Positions 50,668-61,182 are shown, counted from the first letter of the stretch. The stretch: DNA of 64,000 bases from Bdellovibrionota bacterium (GCA_050950765.1 JBMNIF010000001.1:224001-288000); one strand, 5' to 3'. Made by a program: numbers and translations. Notes: generated by a model not told the origin, from the letters alone.

Positions 50668-50951
50668 AGTGGAGGTGTAATAGAGTAGAGGTGTAAGTAA
50701 GAGGTGCAATCGACTTCTTTATTTATTTTATTATGACCTTTTAGTCAGATGGGGGCGTTTTTTTTGGAGGTAAGAGTTTTTAAAAACTGTTTTTGTTAAT
50801 GGAGGTTGAAGAAGATGTTTTTTTAAAAGCGAACTCGGTGCCATCCTTTAGCTGGAAGCTTTAAAAAAAACTATCTAAGCTAGGGGAAGTTAGACTATAA
50901 TTTTGTTATTTGAAAAAAATTATCCGTGCTTGAAAAGTAGAAGTAATCAAC

Positions 50952-53900
50952 TTAGCCAGGAACGTCTTCTTCCCTCATTTTGAATACGAGTATTTCATCA
51001 TCATCATCTTGATTTATTTCATCAGGATCTCTAAATCTAAGATTGTTTCGTTTAACTTTAATTAATCTTCTTATAGTAAGATCTCCTTTAGGTTCCTCCA
51101 TAGTTTCTGTCTCGCGCACTTGAGCGGCTAGCAACTCCTCATCCTCTTTATTTTTTTCTATAATTTTTTTAACTAAATCGCCAGCGCCCCCAGATCTCAA
51201 GCGTGGATGGACTCTTGCTTTTACCGTTGTTTCTACTTTAGCTTTAGCTGGCTGTCTAACTACATTTTTTGTTTCTGTTTTTGCTACTGCTTCAGTTTCT
51301 GTTTGTTGCTTTACCTTTACTGCAGTTTCTGTTGCTGTTTGTTTTGCAGGTTGTGTTTCTTTTGCTGTTTGATGCTCTGTTTCTTCTGCAGGTTGTGGCT
51401 TTGTTTGTTCTAGAGGTTTTGTCTCTGTTATGGGGGCTGTTTGCTCTGGTATTTCTTCATAAATTGGTTTTGTCTCTATTGGCTTTTGTTCTGGTATTTC
51501 TATTTCATAAATTGGTTTTGTTTCTGTTGTCGTTTCTTCTGCTCTGTTCTCTACGATCTTTGTTTGTTCTGCAACATTATTAGTCGTCGCAATGCGTGAG
51601 CCAGCGCGTGCTGCAGCGGCAGCGGTCGCCTCTCGTATTGAATTAAAAGAAGCTGGTTGTGTTAAGTCTATTTTCCCGAGTAAATGCTCTATATTTCCAA
51701 AAGAATTAGAGGTTTCTTCGCTAACCAATTTTACGACACCGGCGGGAGTTGGCTCTGGTGGTGGCGGTAGATCCATTGCATTATTGATACGATCTGCAGG
51801 TCTCTTTTTAAATTCTGCAACTGCTTTGTTTTGTCTAAAACTATCAAGCCAATTATTTACATCAAATTTCTGTTTTGGTACTTGAGACACTTTGGTTTCA
51901 GTTAAGGAATTAAATTTTTCATTGAATGCGGCACTATTTTTTTCAGCAGAAAAAGTCTGCTTTATATTTTTGAAACCGAGTTCAGAAGAGAAATTATTCT
52001 CTGTGGTAGCCTTTATTTTGTTAATCTGTCCAGATGATGGTGATGAAGAAGTACCATCGCCTAATTTAGGTAATCCTTCTGAACGTGGCTCTGACCTTAC
52101 AGAGGGACGTTGTGCATTACCTTTTGGAGCCTTTAATGGGGTAGATCTTTGTTGTGGAGTTACGGGTTTAACATTTTTTAAAAATTTTGTGATTTCTAGA
52201 TAGTCACTTTTAGAAAGAAAACCATCGTTTGCCATGTCCTTTAAAATAGTTTCGACTTCTTGAAAAGTTTTAGCACTTGATAATTCAAACCGCCGAGTTT
52301 TAAGACGAGTATCTTTGAGAATTTCTCTTGCTTTTGGAGTTAGTTGTGGAGAACTATCTCCTTTATTTGATGAGTTAAATGTTTTAGTATCTGTGTTTCC
52401 TCCTTTTTTAAACTCGGTTTCCGTAGTAGGTGTTGTGTTCTTTGGAGGAGTTTTAGGCTTTGGTTGAGCGGAGTTAACTGTTGTAGCCCTTCCTCCTGTT
52501 TGAGAAGATCCGCCTTGTGAAGCAGATGCGGTGTTTTTAGGAGGTTGTTGCTTTGAAGATACGTTACTATTTCCTTGTGGTGGGGTGGTTTTAGTTGTTG
52601 CAGAGTTTGTTCTTGTTTGAGGAGATCCGCCTTGTGAAGCAGATGCAGAGTTTGTTCCCATTATAAATCCGTCTAAATCGAAAGAAGATAGGGATTCTTT
52701 CAACCAATAGCGAACCTCACCTATTGTTAACAGTTCGTCCAGTTTTTGCGCCTTCCGAAGTTCTATTTTTAGCTTATTAGGAACTTCAGGATGCTTAAGA
52801 AGGATGTTTGTTTGGCGAGGGGTTAATTTTTGCTGGTTTAAACTCTGTAAAAATATTGTTGTCTTCTCTGTTGGTGCAGAAACAGTTGAAGGATTTGGAG
52901 CTTTTCCTGCTTGTTTGAAAAAGTTGTCCAAGCTGTGATTTTGTGGCTTAGCAGAGGGAACTGGAGATGATTCTCCAGTTGAAAGAGAGTTGCTATTAAC
53001 TCTCAGACTTCTAGCAGAAGAGGAATTCTGCCCTTTTGCTGAATTAAGATTAGAAAAAAACTCTTCTCCCGTCTGAGTTCTACTGTTCCCTCTTCTGCTT
53101 GAGGGAGTTTGTTTAGCTTTTGAACTTGCAGGAGTTGCAGTAGTACCTCTAGCTGCTGCAGATCCTTGTTGAGGTGAAGATGGTGGTGTAGAGCTTCTCG
53201 TAACTGTTGTAGAAGTTATACTTCCGCCGCTTTTTTGTAATCTAGCTTGAAGTTTGTTGATATAATCTGGATTAACCGTTACTCCCTGCTCTTTGAAAGC
53301 TTTGCTCATTTTTTTTATTACTCCACGAGAGGGCTTTCTTGATATATCTGAAGCATTACGAAGTGTGCCTCGTGTAAGAGGTTGCCCAGTGCGGTCACTT
53401 TTAGAAAGAAAACCATCGTTTGCCATGTCCTTTAAAATAGTTTCGACTTCTTGAAAAGTTTTAGCACTTGATAATTCAAACCGCCGAGTTTTAAGACGAG
53501 TATCTTTGAGAATTTCTCTTGCTTTTGGAGTTAGTTGTGGAGAACTATCTCCTTTATTTGATGAGTTAAATGTTTTAGTATCTGTGTTTCCTCCTTTTTT
53601 AAACTCGGTTTCCGTAGTAGGTGTTGTGTTCTTTGGAGGAGTTTTAGGCTTTGGTTGAGCGGAGTTAACTGTTGTAGCCCTTCCTCCTGTTTGAGAAGAT
53701 CCGCCTTGTGAAGCAGATGCGGTGTTTTTAGGAGGTTGTTGCTTTGAAGATACGTTACTATTTCCTTGTGGTGGGGTGGTTTTAGTTGTTGCAGAGTTTG
53801 TTCTTGTTTGAGGAGATCCGCCTTGTGAAGCAGATGCAGAGTTTGTTCCCATTATAAATCCGTCTAAATCGAAAGAAGATAGGGATTCTTTCAACCAATA

Positions 53901-56900
53901 GCGAACCTCACCTATTGTTAACAGTTCGTCCAGTTTTTGCGCCTTCCGAAGTTCTATTTTTAGCTTATTAGGAACTTCAGGATGCTTAAGAAGGATGTTT
54001 GTTTGGCGAGGGGTTAATTTTTGCTGGTTTAAACTCTGTAAAAATATTGTTGTCTTCTCTGTTGGTGCAGAAACAGTTGAAGGATTTGGAGCTTTTCCTG
54101 CTTGTTTGAAAAAGTTGTCCAAGCTGTGATTTTGTGGCTTAGCAGAGGGAACTGGAGATGATTCTCCAGTTGAAAGAGAGTTGCTATTAACTCTCAGACT
54201 TCTAGCAGAAGAGGAATTCTGCCCTTTTGCTGAATTAAGATTAGAAAAAAACTCTTCTCCCGTCTGAGTTCTACTGTTCCCTCTTCTGCTTGAGGGAGTT
54301 TGTTTAGCTTTTGAACTTGCAGGAGTTGCAGTAGTACCTCTAGCTGCTGCAGATCCTTGTTGAGGTGAAGATGGTGGTGTAGAGCTTCTCGTAACTGTTG
54401 TAGAAGTTATACTTCCGCCGCTTTTTTGTAATCTAGCTTGAAGTTTGTTGATATAATCTGGATTAACCGTTACTCCCTGCTCTTTGAAAGCTTTGCTCAT
54501 TTTTTTTATTACTCCACGAGAGGGCTTTCTTGATATATCTGAAGCATTACGAAGTGTGCCTCGTGTAAGAGGTTGCCCAGTGCGGTCACTTTTTTCAATT
54601 GCAGCTCGTAAAAAATTTGTACCTTCTTCATTTAGCGATATCCTTTTTCCAAAGGCGGAGTTTTTTACTTTTCCTTTGTTTAAAGCATTAATGGCCTTTT
54701 CTCGTGATATTGGCTTGCCGTCTACTACAGAACGTGGAGTGCGCAAGGAAAAGATAGGAGCAAGAAACATGGATAACCCTGCTGCCCGTCCAGCTGAAAG
54801 GAGGGAATTTGTGCCGACAACCCAGAAGCCGTTTCCGATACCGTTTTCCCAAGTTGCTTCCTGTGTTGCCGCACCTAAACCACCAAAGGTTGCTCCTGAT
54901 ACAAAACCGTCAGTAGCTGCTATGAATGTATTGTTAGCTATTCTGCGAAATATTTTTTCCTGAATATATTGTTGTGCTACGGCATAAGGATGAGCGACAA
55001 CTTGTTCTACTGTTTCACTAATAAAGACTTCTCCAGCCTCCTTTCCTGCTTTTTTTGCACCTTCTGCTGCTACTTTTGCTGCTGTTTTTTTTGCACTTTC
55101 TGCTGTTACTTTTGCTGCTGTTTTTTTTGCCGCAGCTTCTCCTAAACTTTCCGCAAATTCTTTTCCTGTGTTTTTTGTAACAATTTCTGCAACATTTTGT
55201 ACCCCCTCTTTTGCGGATTCTTTAATGACAGTTTTTCCCAAGTTTTCTGCGCCTTCTTGTATTGCTTCTGTTGCAATGACTCTCCCAACGCTTTTTGCGC
55301 CTTCTTCTACTGCTTCACCACCTACCTTGTAGATCGTATTGGAAACGACTGTGGTTACGCCGCTGAAACCTTTTTTCTCTAAGTATTTGGCAACTTGCCC
55401 TATGACTACTTCCTGAGTTTTTTTTGCAGCACCTAAACCAACACTAAATCCAGCACCATCAATTGCTGAGTTTATAAGTATCTCATCGATCTCTCCTGTG
55501 ATACTCATACCTCGTCCGACACCGATAATAGCTGTGCGAGTAACAAGACCTGAAGCGGTTGTCCAAAATGCGACAACAAGGGGTGTTGCACTACCACCTG
55601 AGCCGCAGATTATGCCGACAGAAAATGCTGTGGCAACACCTGTTCCGACAGCATTAGCAGCTGCTTTGGTTACCTCCGCTTTTACTTCGCGATAAAATAC
55701 AGCCTGTGTTTCTAGGCTATCCATCATTGTTAAAAATTGAATGTACTCTTCTTGAGAGATCTCTCCTGAGCCGATCTTTTGATGTAACGTCTTTGCCTCA
55801 TTATAGACTTTTGTAATGTGTTCTGAAAATTGAGGCACGAGCCATTCGACGCAACCACCCGTTGCATTTTTATAACGGGTTTCAATCTTTGACATCATCA
55901 AGTCAATGTTTTTGCGATTCTCTTCGGGATCTACACTAAAGTTGCGAGAAACAATCTTTGTTTGTAGCAGAGCATCAACTTGATCATCGCCGGACATCTC
56001 TTTTTTAATTCTTTTAACAATGTGACAGCCAGTCTCTTTATAAAAAGCTGCATCCAGCTCTAAAAACTCCTGTTCGGAGGTGATGCCGCTTAACGCTTCA
56101 CGAACCATGGCTTCATTTGTGCCGTCAAACCATCCACGAAAACCGAGCTTCAATTTTTGTAAACGTGAAAGGTCTCCCGTGTTGAAGACATCTTGAAAAG
56201 CATCAAATTGTCTACTTGAAAGCTCTGAGTGGGCGTCATTTACAAGTTCAGATTTATAAGTAGCGCTATATGCGGCATTGACCTTTTCTCTATACGTTGC
56301 ATGGCGTTTAATAGCTTCCTCTCTCTCTCCTTCTGGAAGGTATCTAATCTCTTGAGATATTAAGAAAGTATCACGTAGCTGCTCCTCAGCCGTGCCCCAG
56401 ACACCCTTCATAGCAAAACGTGCTTCCACAGCTCCAGCTTGTACAGCATCGCCATTAAGAAGTGCTTTTAACCAATCACGTCCGAGTGTTCTACTTTTTG
56501 AAGAGCCGGACATTAGGGTATCAATTTTTTTAAGGAGAGCTTCTTTCCCCCCTGAAGCATCGAGTAAGCCCTGTAAACGCTCTTGATTGATCTCCATTTT
56601 TACGGGGTCTACTAAATAGTTTTGCATTTCAAGACAGGTGCCGTGGATATCAATACTTGAACAGCCGAGCCAGTTTTCTTTTGAAAGACGTTCCACTAAG
56701 TAAGCTGCCTTTTGTGTATTTTCATCTCCTGAAAGTATAGCATTACAACGAGCGATCTCTGCGCCTGTGAAGTTGGCTTCTAGTAAAGCAGCATCCAGAG
56801 ATTTGCCATGGTGTGTTTTAAAATTTTCTTTAAATTCGGTGGCGATACGCGCTCTCTCTTCAGGTGTGGCTGCTGGATCTTGAAGGTAAGTTAAGGCTTG

Positions 56901-59612
56901 AAAAACCTTTTCTTTTGATGCCCAGAAAGTATAATCAAGGCTGGAATTAAGTTTTGCCAAAGCTATTTTTTGTGTGTCGCCCGTTGTTAGCGCTGTCGCT
57001 AGTGCTAGATCCGTTCCTGAAAAATCATTATGCATATCATCTTCAAGACGTGCACCGTATTTTTCAAAATAGATAGATTTAATTAGCTCTATCTCTTCTT
57101 TACTTTTGCCGTCTAAGGCTGCATACCATTTCTTCTCATCAGTTCCGGCGGATGATATAAAAGAAATTATACCAGATCTCCCTTTATCTTGGTATATCAT
57201 CGCCCCCATAGTGGCGTTACGCAGAGCATCTGCAGCAGCGGCGCAATTTATATAATGGTCAGAACCGCGCGTTTGAAGGGCATATGCTTCTCCTTTGAGG
57301 GTGTCAATGATATTCTCTTCGTTTAAAATTTCTTCTTTTTGTGTTGCCAAAAAGGTTGCTTTAGCAACATCTTCTTCAATCCCCGTAGAACGAAGATTTT
57401 CAATTTCAGAGTCTATAATTTGTGAAAGTCTGGCACGACGTGCTTCCTCTAGTGGCGCTAGTGATTGAAGAAGCTCTTCTCTATTTTTGCTTAAGGTTTC
57501 AGCTGTTTTTTGCTTTATTTTGATATTAGTAGTTGAAGCTTGAAGTTCTCCAATCTTTATGCTCATTTGGCGTGAAAGTTTTGAGGCTGCACTTAATTGA
57601 GCTTCATCCTGCAATTGTTGTAAGAATAGGGTTCTACTCGTGGCATAATTTGGATCATTTAAATCAAAACCATTTTCTTTAAAAAGAGCTTCATAAGTTT
57701 TACGTTTTTCATCGAGTGCTGTTATCTCTGACTGATAATCTTTTCTTTCTGTTGATTGAAGACTAAAGCCTGCTTCCCCTAAAATAGTGCCTCTTTCTTT
57801 GGCGTAAAGGTAATCCTTCTTTTCTAATAGATTTACGATCTGCTCATATGAAAGCGCACCGTTCTTTAAAATTTCAGAGGCGAAGTAATTATCAGAATTA
57901 AAAGTTAGAGAAACAGAGCCGTCACTTTCTGTAACTTCTGTATATGTACCTGAAAAATTTTCAAGTTGACTTTCAAGAGTTGTTCCATAAATCGTTTCAT
58001 AATCTTTCTGAATGGCGATTCTTTCATCTTCTGTTTTATCTGCAAAAAAAGTATGAAAGCGTAAAACTCCATTTTCACGATCTGTTACGGTGGTGTGTAG
58101 TTGCGTTATAAGCTCCCGCCGTTCTGGGGAGATCGTTATAAGAGTTTTTTGAGCGGTTGCGAGACTTTCTCGTTCCTGTTTAAAAGTTGTAGAGACATCC
58201 ACTGCTGGGAAAGATTCAGTGTTAGGAGTTTTAGAAAGAGCTTTTACCTGTTCTAGCGCTTTATCTTTAGCACCCGTCCAAGTTCTAAAAAAACCGGTGG
58301 TATTATTAAGGTTTCTTTCAATCCATTGTTCCGGATTTAGGCGCAATACCGAAGACCCTGCTTGAGCATCAAGAAAGGCTAGCCTAAAAAATTTATATTC
58401 TCCCTGCTTTATCTCTGAAAGGATGGCAGGATCTTTTGTTTTTAAAAATTCCTGCGCCTTAGCAGTCATCCGTATCTGACTCTCTTTTTGATATTTTATT
58501 GTTCGGTCTGCAACGGCTTCGATTTTAGTTGCTAAATCATACTTTTCTAAAAAAGCGGTGTTCTTTTTAAGATATGCGTTATAGGCATCCTCCCTTAATT
58601 TTGCTGCTGATTGCATACTTGAAGGGGTTTCTCCGATCAGTTTCGCCAGCCTCTGAGCATTATTTGCTATCTCTTGTGCACGAGCTTCATCTGCTGCTAC
58701 TCGTTGCACACTCTTTAAATATTCGACAAGGTCAGGACGACCCTTTAAAATCTCATTATTCTCCACCGTTTCTTGAAAACTCTTCTCAAGTTGTGCAACT
58801 TCTTTTTCTAGTAAGGTTGAATCTTGTGCATATTTTTCAGAGTTTCCAATGATAATTTCATTATCCAGACGTTGAACGCCAGTGTTATACACACCTTGTA
58901 TAGTACCGATAGACTTTCCGCTTTCTTGTGCAAATGTTGCAAGTTTTTCAAGCTCTTTAGAAAGTGCTTCCGTAGTAATCACTTTAGCAGAGTGTTCCGT
59001 AGCTACTTCTGTTGTTTTTGTTGCAAAAGAGAGTTGTTCTTCTAAAACTTCTTTGACGATAGTTGTGACTATCTCTTCAAGAGGCTCTTCATCCTCACCA
59101 CGGTTTGCGTTTTTTAATTCAGCAACTCTATCTCCATTAAGCTCTTTTAAAGCTTTTTCTAAAACTGATTGAAGATTAGTGCTATCCAAATTATTTTTTG
59201 CTTTATTAACCAGAGCTTTAAATGCAGCTTCTATAATCTGTTGCCGTTGTTCGAGAGAAAGCCCCTGCAAAAGTCTTAGCAACTCTTCACGTTCTAGCTC
59301 TTCTTTGTTTTTTAACCCACCAATCTGTTCATATATTTCAAAGAGTACAGCTTGCGAAATCTCTTCTGCTGGAGGGAGTGTTGGAATCGGTGAAAGCTCC
59401 TTCCTGAGGTCGTTAAGCTTTTCCTCCATTATCGGATTAAATAGGCTTGCAGAAAGGGAACCAGTGTGAGTATTGCTAACTTGCGCGGTTGGTGTTTGGG
59501 TTTTTAATGAGTTTGCAGAAAGGTCAGCAGGGGGGGGGTTGCTAACTTGTGCAGCTGGTCTCTCTGTTGTGTTTACTTGTGGCGTTGCTCCTCGGTTCGA
59601 CATCTCCAACAA
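50952..59612 (-). CDS. Giant protein with annexin-like repeats, hydrophobic Gly/Ala segments and a duplicated Ser/Thr/Pro-rich region
   Basis: AGTDEKKW...IKSIYFEKYGARLEDDMHNDFSG, GVWGTAE and DGTNEA...IKKEMSG. Confidence 0.85.
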   Translation of the reverse strand: MLEMSNRGATPQVNTTERPAAQVSNPPPADLSANSLKTQTPTAQVSNTHTGSLSASLFNPIMEEKLNDLRKELSPIPTLPPAEEISQAVLFEIYEQIGGLKNKEELEREELLRLLQGLSLEQRQQIIEAAFKALVNKAKNNLDSTNLQSVLEKALKELNGDRVAELKNANRGEDEEPLEEIVTTIVKEVLEEQLSFATKTTEVATEHSAKVITTEALSKELEKLATFAQESGKSIGTIQGVYNTGVQRLDNEIIIGNSEKYAQDSTLLEKEVAQLEKSFQETVENNEILKGRPDLVEYLKSVQRVAADEARAQEIANNAQRLAKLIGETPSSMQSAAKLREDAYNAYLKKNTAFLEKYDLATKIEAVADRTIKYQKESQIRMTAKAQEFLKTKDPAILSEIKQGEYKFFRLAFLDAQAGSSVLRLNPEQWIERNLNNTTGFFRTWTGAKDKALEQVKALSKTPNTESFPAVDVSTTFKQERESLATAQKTLITISPERRELITQLHTTVTDRENGVLRFHTFFADKTEDERIAIQKDYETIYGTTLESQLENFSGTYTEVTESDGSVSLTFNSDNYFASEILKNGALSYEQIVNLLEKKDYLYAKERGTILGEAGFSLQSTERKDYQSEITALDEKRKTYEALFKENGFDLNDPNYATSRTLFLQQLQDEAQLSAASKLSRQMSIKIGELQASTTNIKIKQKTAETLSKNREELLQSLAPLEEARRARLSQIIDSEIENLRSTGIEEDVAKATFLATQKEEILNEENIIDTLKGEAYALQTRGSDHYINCAAAADALRNATMGAMIYQDKGRSGIISFISSAGTDEKKWYAALDGKSKEEIELIKSIYFEKYGARLEDDMHNDFSGTDLALATALTTGDTQKIALAKLNSSLDYTFWASKEKVFQALTYLQDPAATPEERARIATEFKENFKTHHGKSLDAALLEANFTGAEIARCNAILSGDENTQKAAYLVERLSKENWLGCSSIDIHGTCLEMQNYLVDPVKMEINQERLQGLLDASGGKEALLKKIDTLMSGSSKSRTLGRDWLKALLNGDAVQAGAVEARFAMKGVWGTAEEQLRDTFLISQEIRYLPEGEREEAIKRHATYREKVNAAYSATYKSELVNDAHSELSSRQFDAFQDVFNTGDLSRLQKLKLGFRGWFDGTNEAMVREALSGITSEQEFLELDAAFYKETGCHIVKRIKKEMSGDDQVDALLQTKIVSRNFSVDPEENRKNIDLMMSKIETRYKNATGGCVEWLVPQFSEHITKVYNEAKTLHQKIGSGEISQEEYIQFLTMMDSLETQAVFYREVKAEVTKAAANAVGTGVATAFSVGIICGSGGSATPLVVAFWTTASGLVTRTAIIGVGRGMSITGEIDEILINSAIDGAGFSVGLGAAKKTQEVVIGQVAKYLEKKGFSGVTTVVSNTIYKVGGEAVEEGAKSVGRVIATEAIQEGAENLGKTVIKESAKEGVQNVAEIVTKNTGKEFAESLGEAAAKKTAAKVTAESAKKTAAKVAAEGAKKAGKEAGEVFISETVEQVVAHPYAVAQQYIQEKIFRRIANNTFIAATDGFVSGATFGGLGAATQEATWENGIGNGFWVVGTNSLLSAGRAAGLSMFLAPIFSLRTPRSVVDGKPISREKAINALNKGKVKNSAFGKRISLNEEGTNFLRAAIEKSDRTGQPLTRGTLRNASDISRKPSRGVIKKMSKAFKEQGVTVNPDYINKLQARLQKSGGSITSTTVTRSSTPPSSPQQGSAAARGTTATPASSKAKQTPSSRRGNSRTQTGEEFFSNLNSAKGQNSSSARSLRVNSNSLSTGESSPVPSAKPQNHSLDNFFKQAGKAPNPSTVSAPTEKTTIFLQSLNQQKLTPRQTNILLKHPEVPNKLKIELRKAQKLDELLTIGEVRYWLKESLSSFDLDGFIMGTNSASASQGGSPQTRTNSATTKTTPPQGNSNVSSKQQPPKNTASASQGGSSQTGGRATTVNSAQPKPKTPPKNTTPTTETEFKKGGNTDTKTFNSSNKGDSSPQLTPKAREILKDTRLKTRRFELSSAKTFQEVETILKDMANDGFLSKSDRTGQPLTRGTLRNASDISRKPSRGVIKKMSKAFKEQGVTVNPDYINKLQARLQKSGGSITSTTVTRSSTPPSSPQQGSAAARGTTATPASSKAKQTPSSRRGNSRTQTGEEFFSNLNSAKGQNSSSARSLRVNSNSLSTGESSPVPSAKPQNHSLDNFFKQAGKAPNPSTVSAPTEKTTIFLQSLNQQKLTPRQTNILLKHPEVPNKLKIELRKAQKLDELLTIGEVRYWLKESLSSFDLDGFIMGTNSASASQGGSPQTRTNSATTKTTPPQGNSNVSSKQQPPKNTASASQGGSSQTGGRATTVNSAQPKPKTPPKNTTPTTETEFKKGGNTDTKTFNSSNKGDSSPQLTPKAREILKDTRLKTRRFELSSAKTFQEVETILKDMANDGFLSKSDYLEITKFLKNVKPVTPQQRSTPLKAPKGNAQRPSVRSEPRSEGLPKLGDGTSSSPSSGQINKIKATTENNFSSELGFKNIKQTFSAEKNSAAFNEKFNSLTETKVSQVPKQKFDVNNWLDSFRQNKAVAEFKKRPADRINNAMDLPPPPEPTPAGVVKLVSEETSNSFGNIEHLLGKIDLTQPASFNSIREATAAAAARAGSRIATTNNVAEQTKIVENRAEETTTETKPIYEIEIPEQKPIETKPIYEEIPEQTAPITETKPLEQTKPQPAEETEHQTAKETQPAKQTATETAVKVKQQTETEAVAKTETKNVVRQPAKAKVETTVKARVHPRLRSGGAGDLVKKIIEKNKEDEELLAAQVRETETMEEPKGDLTIRRLIKVKRNNLRFRDPDEINQDDDDEILVFKMREEDVPG
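52203..54593. repeat. In-frame 1191-bp tandem duplication
   Basis: 52203-53393 is repeated at 53394-54584, with GTCACTTTT at 52203, 53394 and 54585. Confidence 0.95.
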
Positions 59613-59711
59613 TATCCCGTGTTATTAATAAAACTCCTAAGAACGATCCGCAGAAGCACGCCCTTTGATCCTTATATATTATCAAAAACAGAAGATTTTA
59701 ATAAGAAAAAC

Positions 59712-60130
59712 CGTCCCTAAAGGTAAAGGGTGGCACTTTTTACCTCCGTAGAGACCTAACCAATTCATTTTTAGTTGCAGCCCGTCCAATTGTCCCTGAA
59801 GGGTGGCACCAAAACTGCCGAATCCCAACTTTTGCTAACATCCTGATATCATTAGATGCTAATTAGGACACCCACTTTTTACCTCCGTAAAGACCTAACC
59901 AATTTGTTTTTAGTTGCACCCCGTTCGGTCGTCCCTAGTGGGTTCAACCGTCCCTAAAGGGTGGGTGGCACCAAATTTTTGCCCCCGTCCAGATCTAGCC
60001 GATCCCGTCTTGCAGTTACAGCCCGTCCTGCTGTCCTTGAAGGGTGGCACCAAATTTTTGACCTCCGTAGAGACCTAACCAATTCATTTTTACTTGCAGC
60101 CCGTTCAATTGTCCTTGAAGGGTGACACCA
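59712..60130. repeat. Modular intergenic repeat cluster 5
   Basis: Same GGGTGGCACCA core and modules. Abuts the marC stop codon. Confidence 0.93.
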
Positions 60131-60131
60131 T

Positions 60132-60743
60132 CTATTTTACGAAAAAGTTGTCGCGCAGACCCTGCATAATCATCTGCGAGGCTAGAGCAGCCAGATAAAT
60201 TCCAGTGATTTTGCTAAGAATAACGATCCTTTTTTTACCGAGATATTTTTCCATCGCAACTGATAGGTACAACATCGCCCAAATTACAAAGAGAGCTATA
60301 AGAAGAGCAATAATATTAAATAACTTAGCGTTTAAACTGGGCGCTTCTATGCCTAAAACAAGCATTGTTCCCATTACGGCAGGACCTATCAAAATCGGTA
60401 TCGTCATCGGAACAATCACTATCTCTTCTGTGTCGCTGTCTGATTGCGGGGGCACAATCCTCCCCTTTACTAAAGAGATGGCATCTAAAAGCAAAATAGT
60501 GCCAACGCCAGTTCTAAAGGCATCAAGGGTTATGCCTAAAACGGAAAAAATAGTTTCCCCAAAGAAGATAATGATAACACAACAAATAAAAGTTGTGATG
60601 GCGATCTTGGTAGCATCGCTTTTCCTACGTTTGTCAGAAAAGTTTTTGGTTAAATACAAAAACATCGATAACGCAAAAAACGGCGTAAGCAAAAAATAAA
60701 AGCGGAGGGAAATTTTAAATAGTGTCGAAAAAGTGTAATCCAT
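60132..60743 (-). CDS. marC: MarC family membrane protein
   Basis: PF..L..F, FG..I...LGITLDAFR, VP.TIP.LIGP and KITGI.LA. The likely start is the ATG at 60743. Confidence 0.9.
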   Translation of the reverse strand: MDYTFSTLFKISLRFYFLLTPFFALSMFLYLTKNFSDKRRKSDATKIAITTFICCVIIIFFGETIFSVLGITLDAFRTGVGTILLLDAISLVKGRIVPPQSDSDTEEIVIVPMTIPILIGPAVMGTMLVLGIEAPSLNAKLFNIIALLIALFVIWAMLYLSVAMEKYLGKKRIVILSKITGIYLAALASQMIMQGLRDNFFVK

Positions 60744-60854
60744 AATGGCTGTGATGTTATACAAAGGTAATTTTTTTACAATTGATTTTGCTAAAATATT
60801 ACAGGTATCGGGGGAAAATTTTTTTCTGGATATATTTAGAAAAAACACCACCCT

Positions 60855-61150
60855 CAAGGTATAGAATCAAGTCATTGCTTATCTGTAATGGGAAAACTTT
60901 TTCTACTGAATACGCTAAATACGTTTAAAATGAACATACCAGGATCAACCTTCCGCACCCTTGACGCATTTATGCTTTAACTGTGGAGGAGGGGTGGATC
61001 TCATGGGAGCTGTGAAGAGCGGGAAGCGATATCTGCAGAGCAATCTAAACTAGGCGTAACACCACTCTCAAAGTGTGGAATTACAAGGTATAGAATCAAG
61101 TCATTACTCATCTTCAAGGGGAAAATTTTTTCTACTGAATACGCTAAATA
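60855..61150. repeat. Two ~66-bp direct repeats
   Basis: caaggtatagaatcaagtcatt...ttttctactgaatacgctaaatac at ~60855 and ~61084. Confidence 0.9.
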
Positions 61151-61182
61151 CATCCAGCAGGGAGTAGCACTTTAAACATTTT

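Noticed and set aside
51207..59469. Plus-strand ORFs inside the giant gene, and similar antisense ORFs elsewhere
   Set aside because: They are antisense shadows of long coding frames with no independent motifs.
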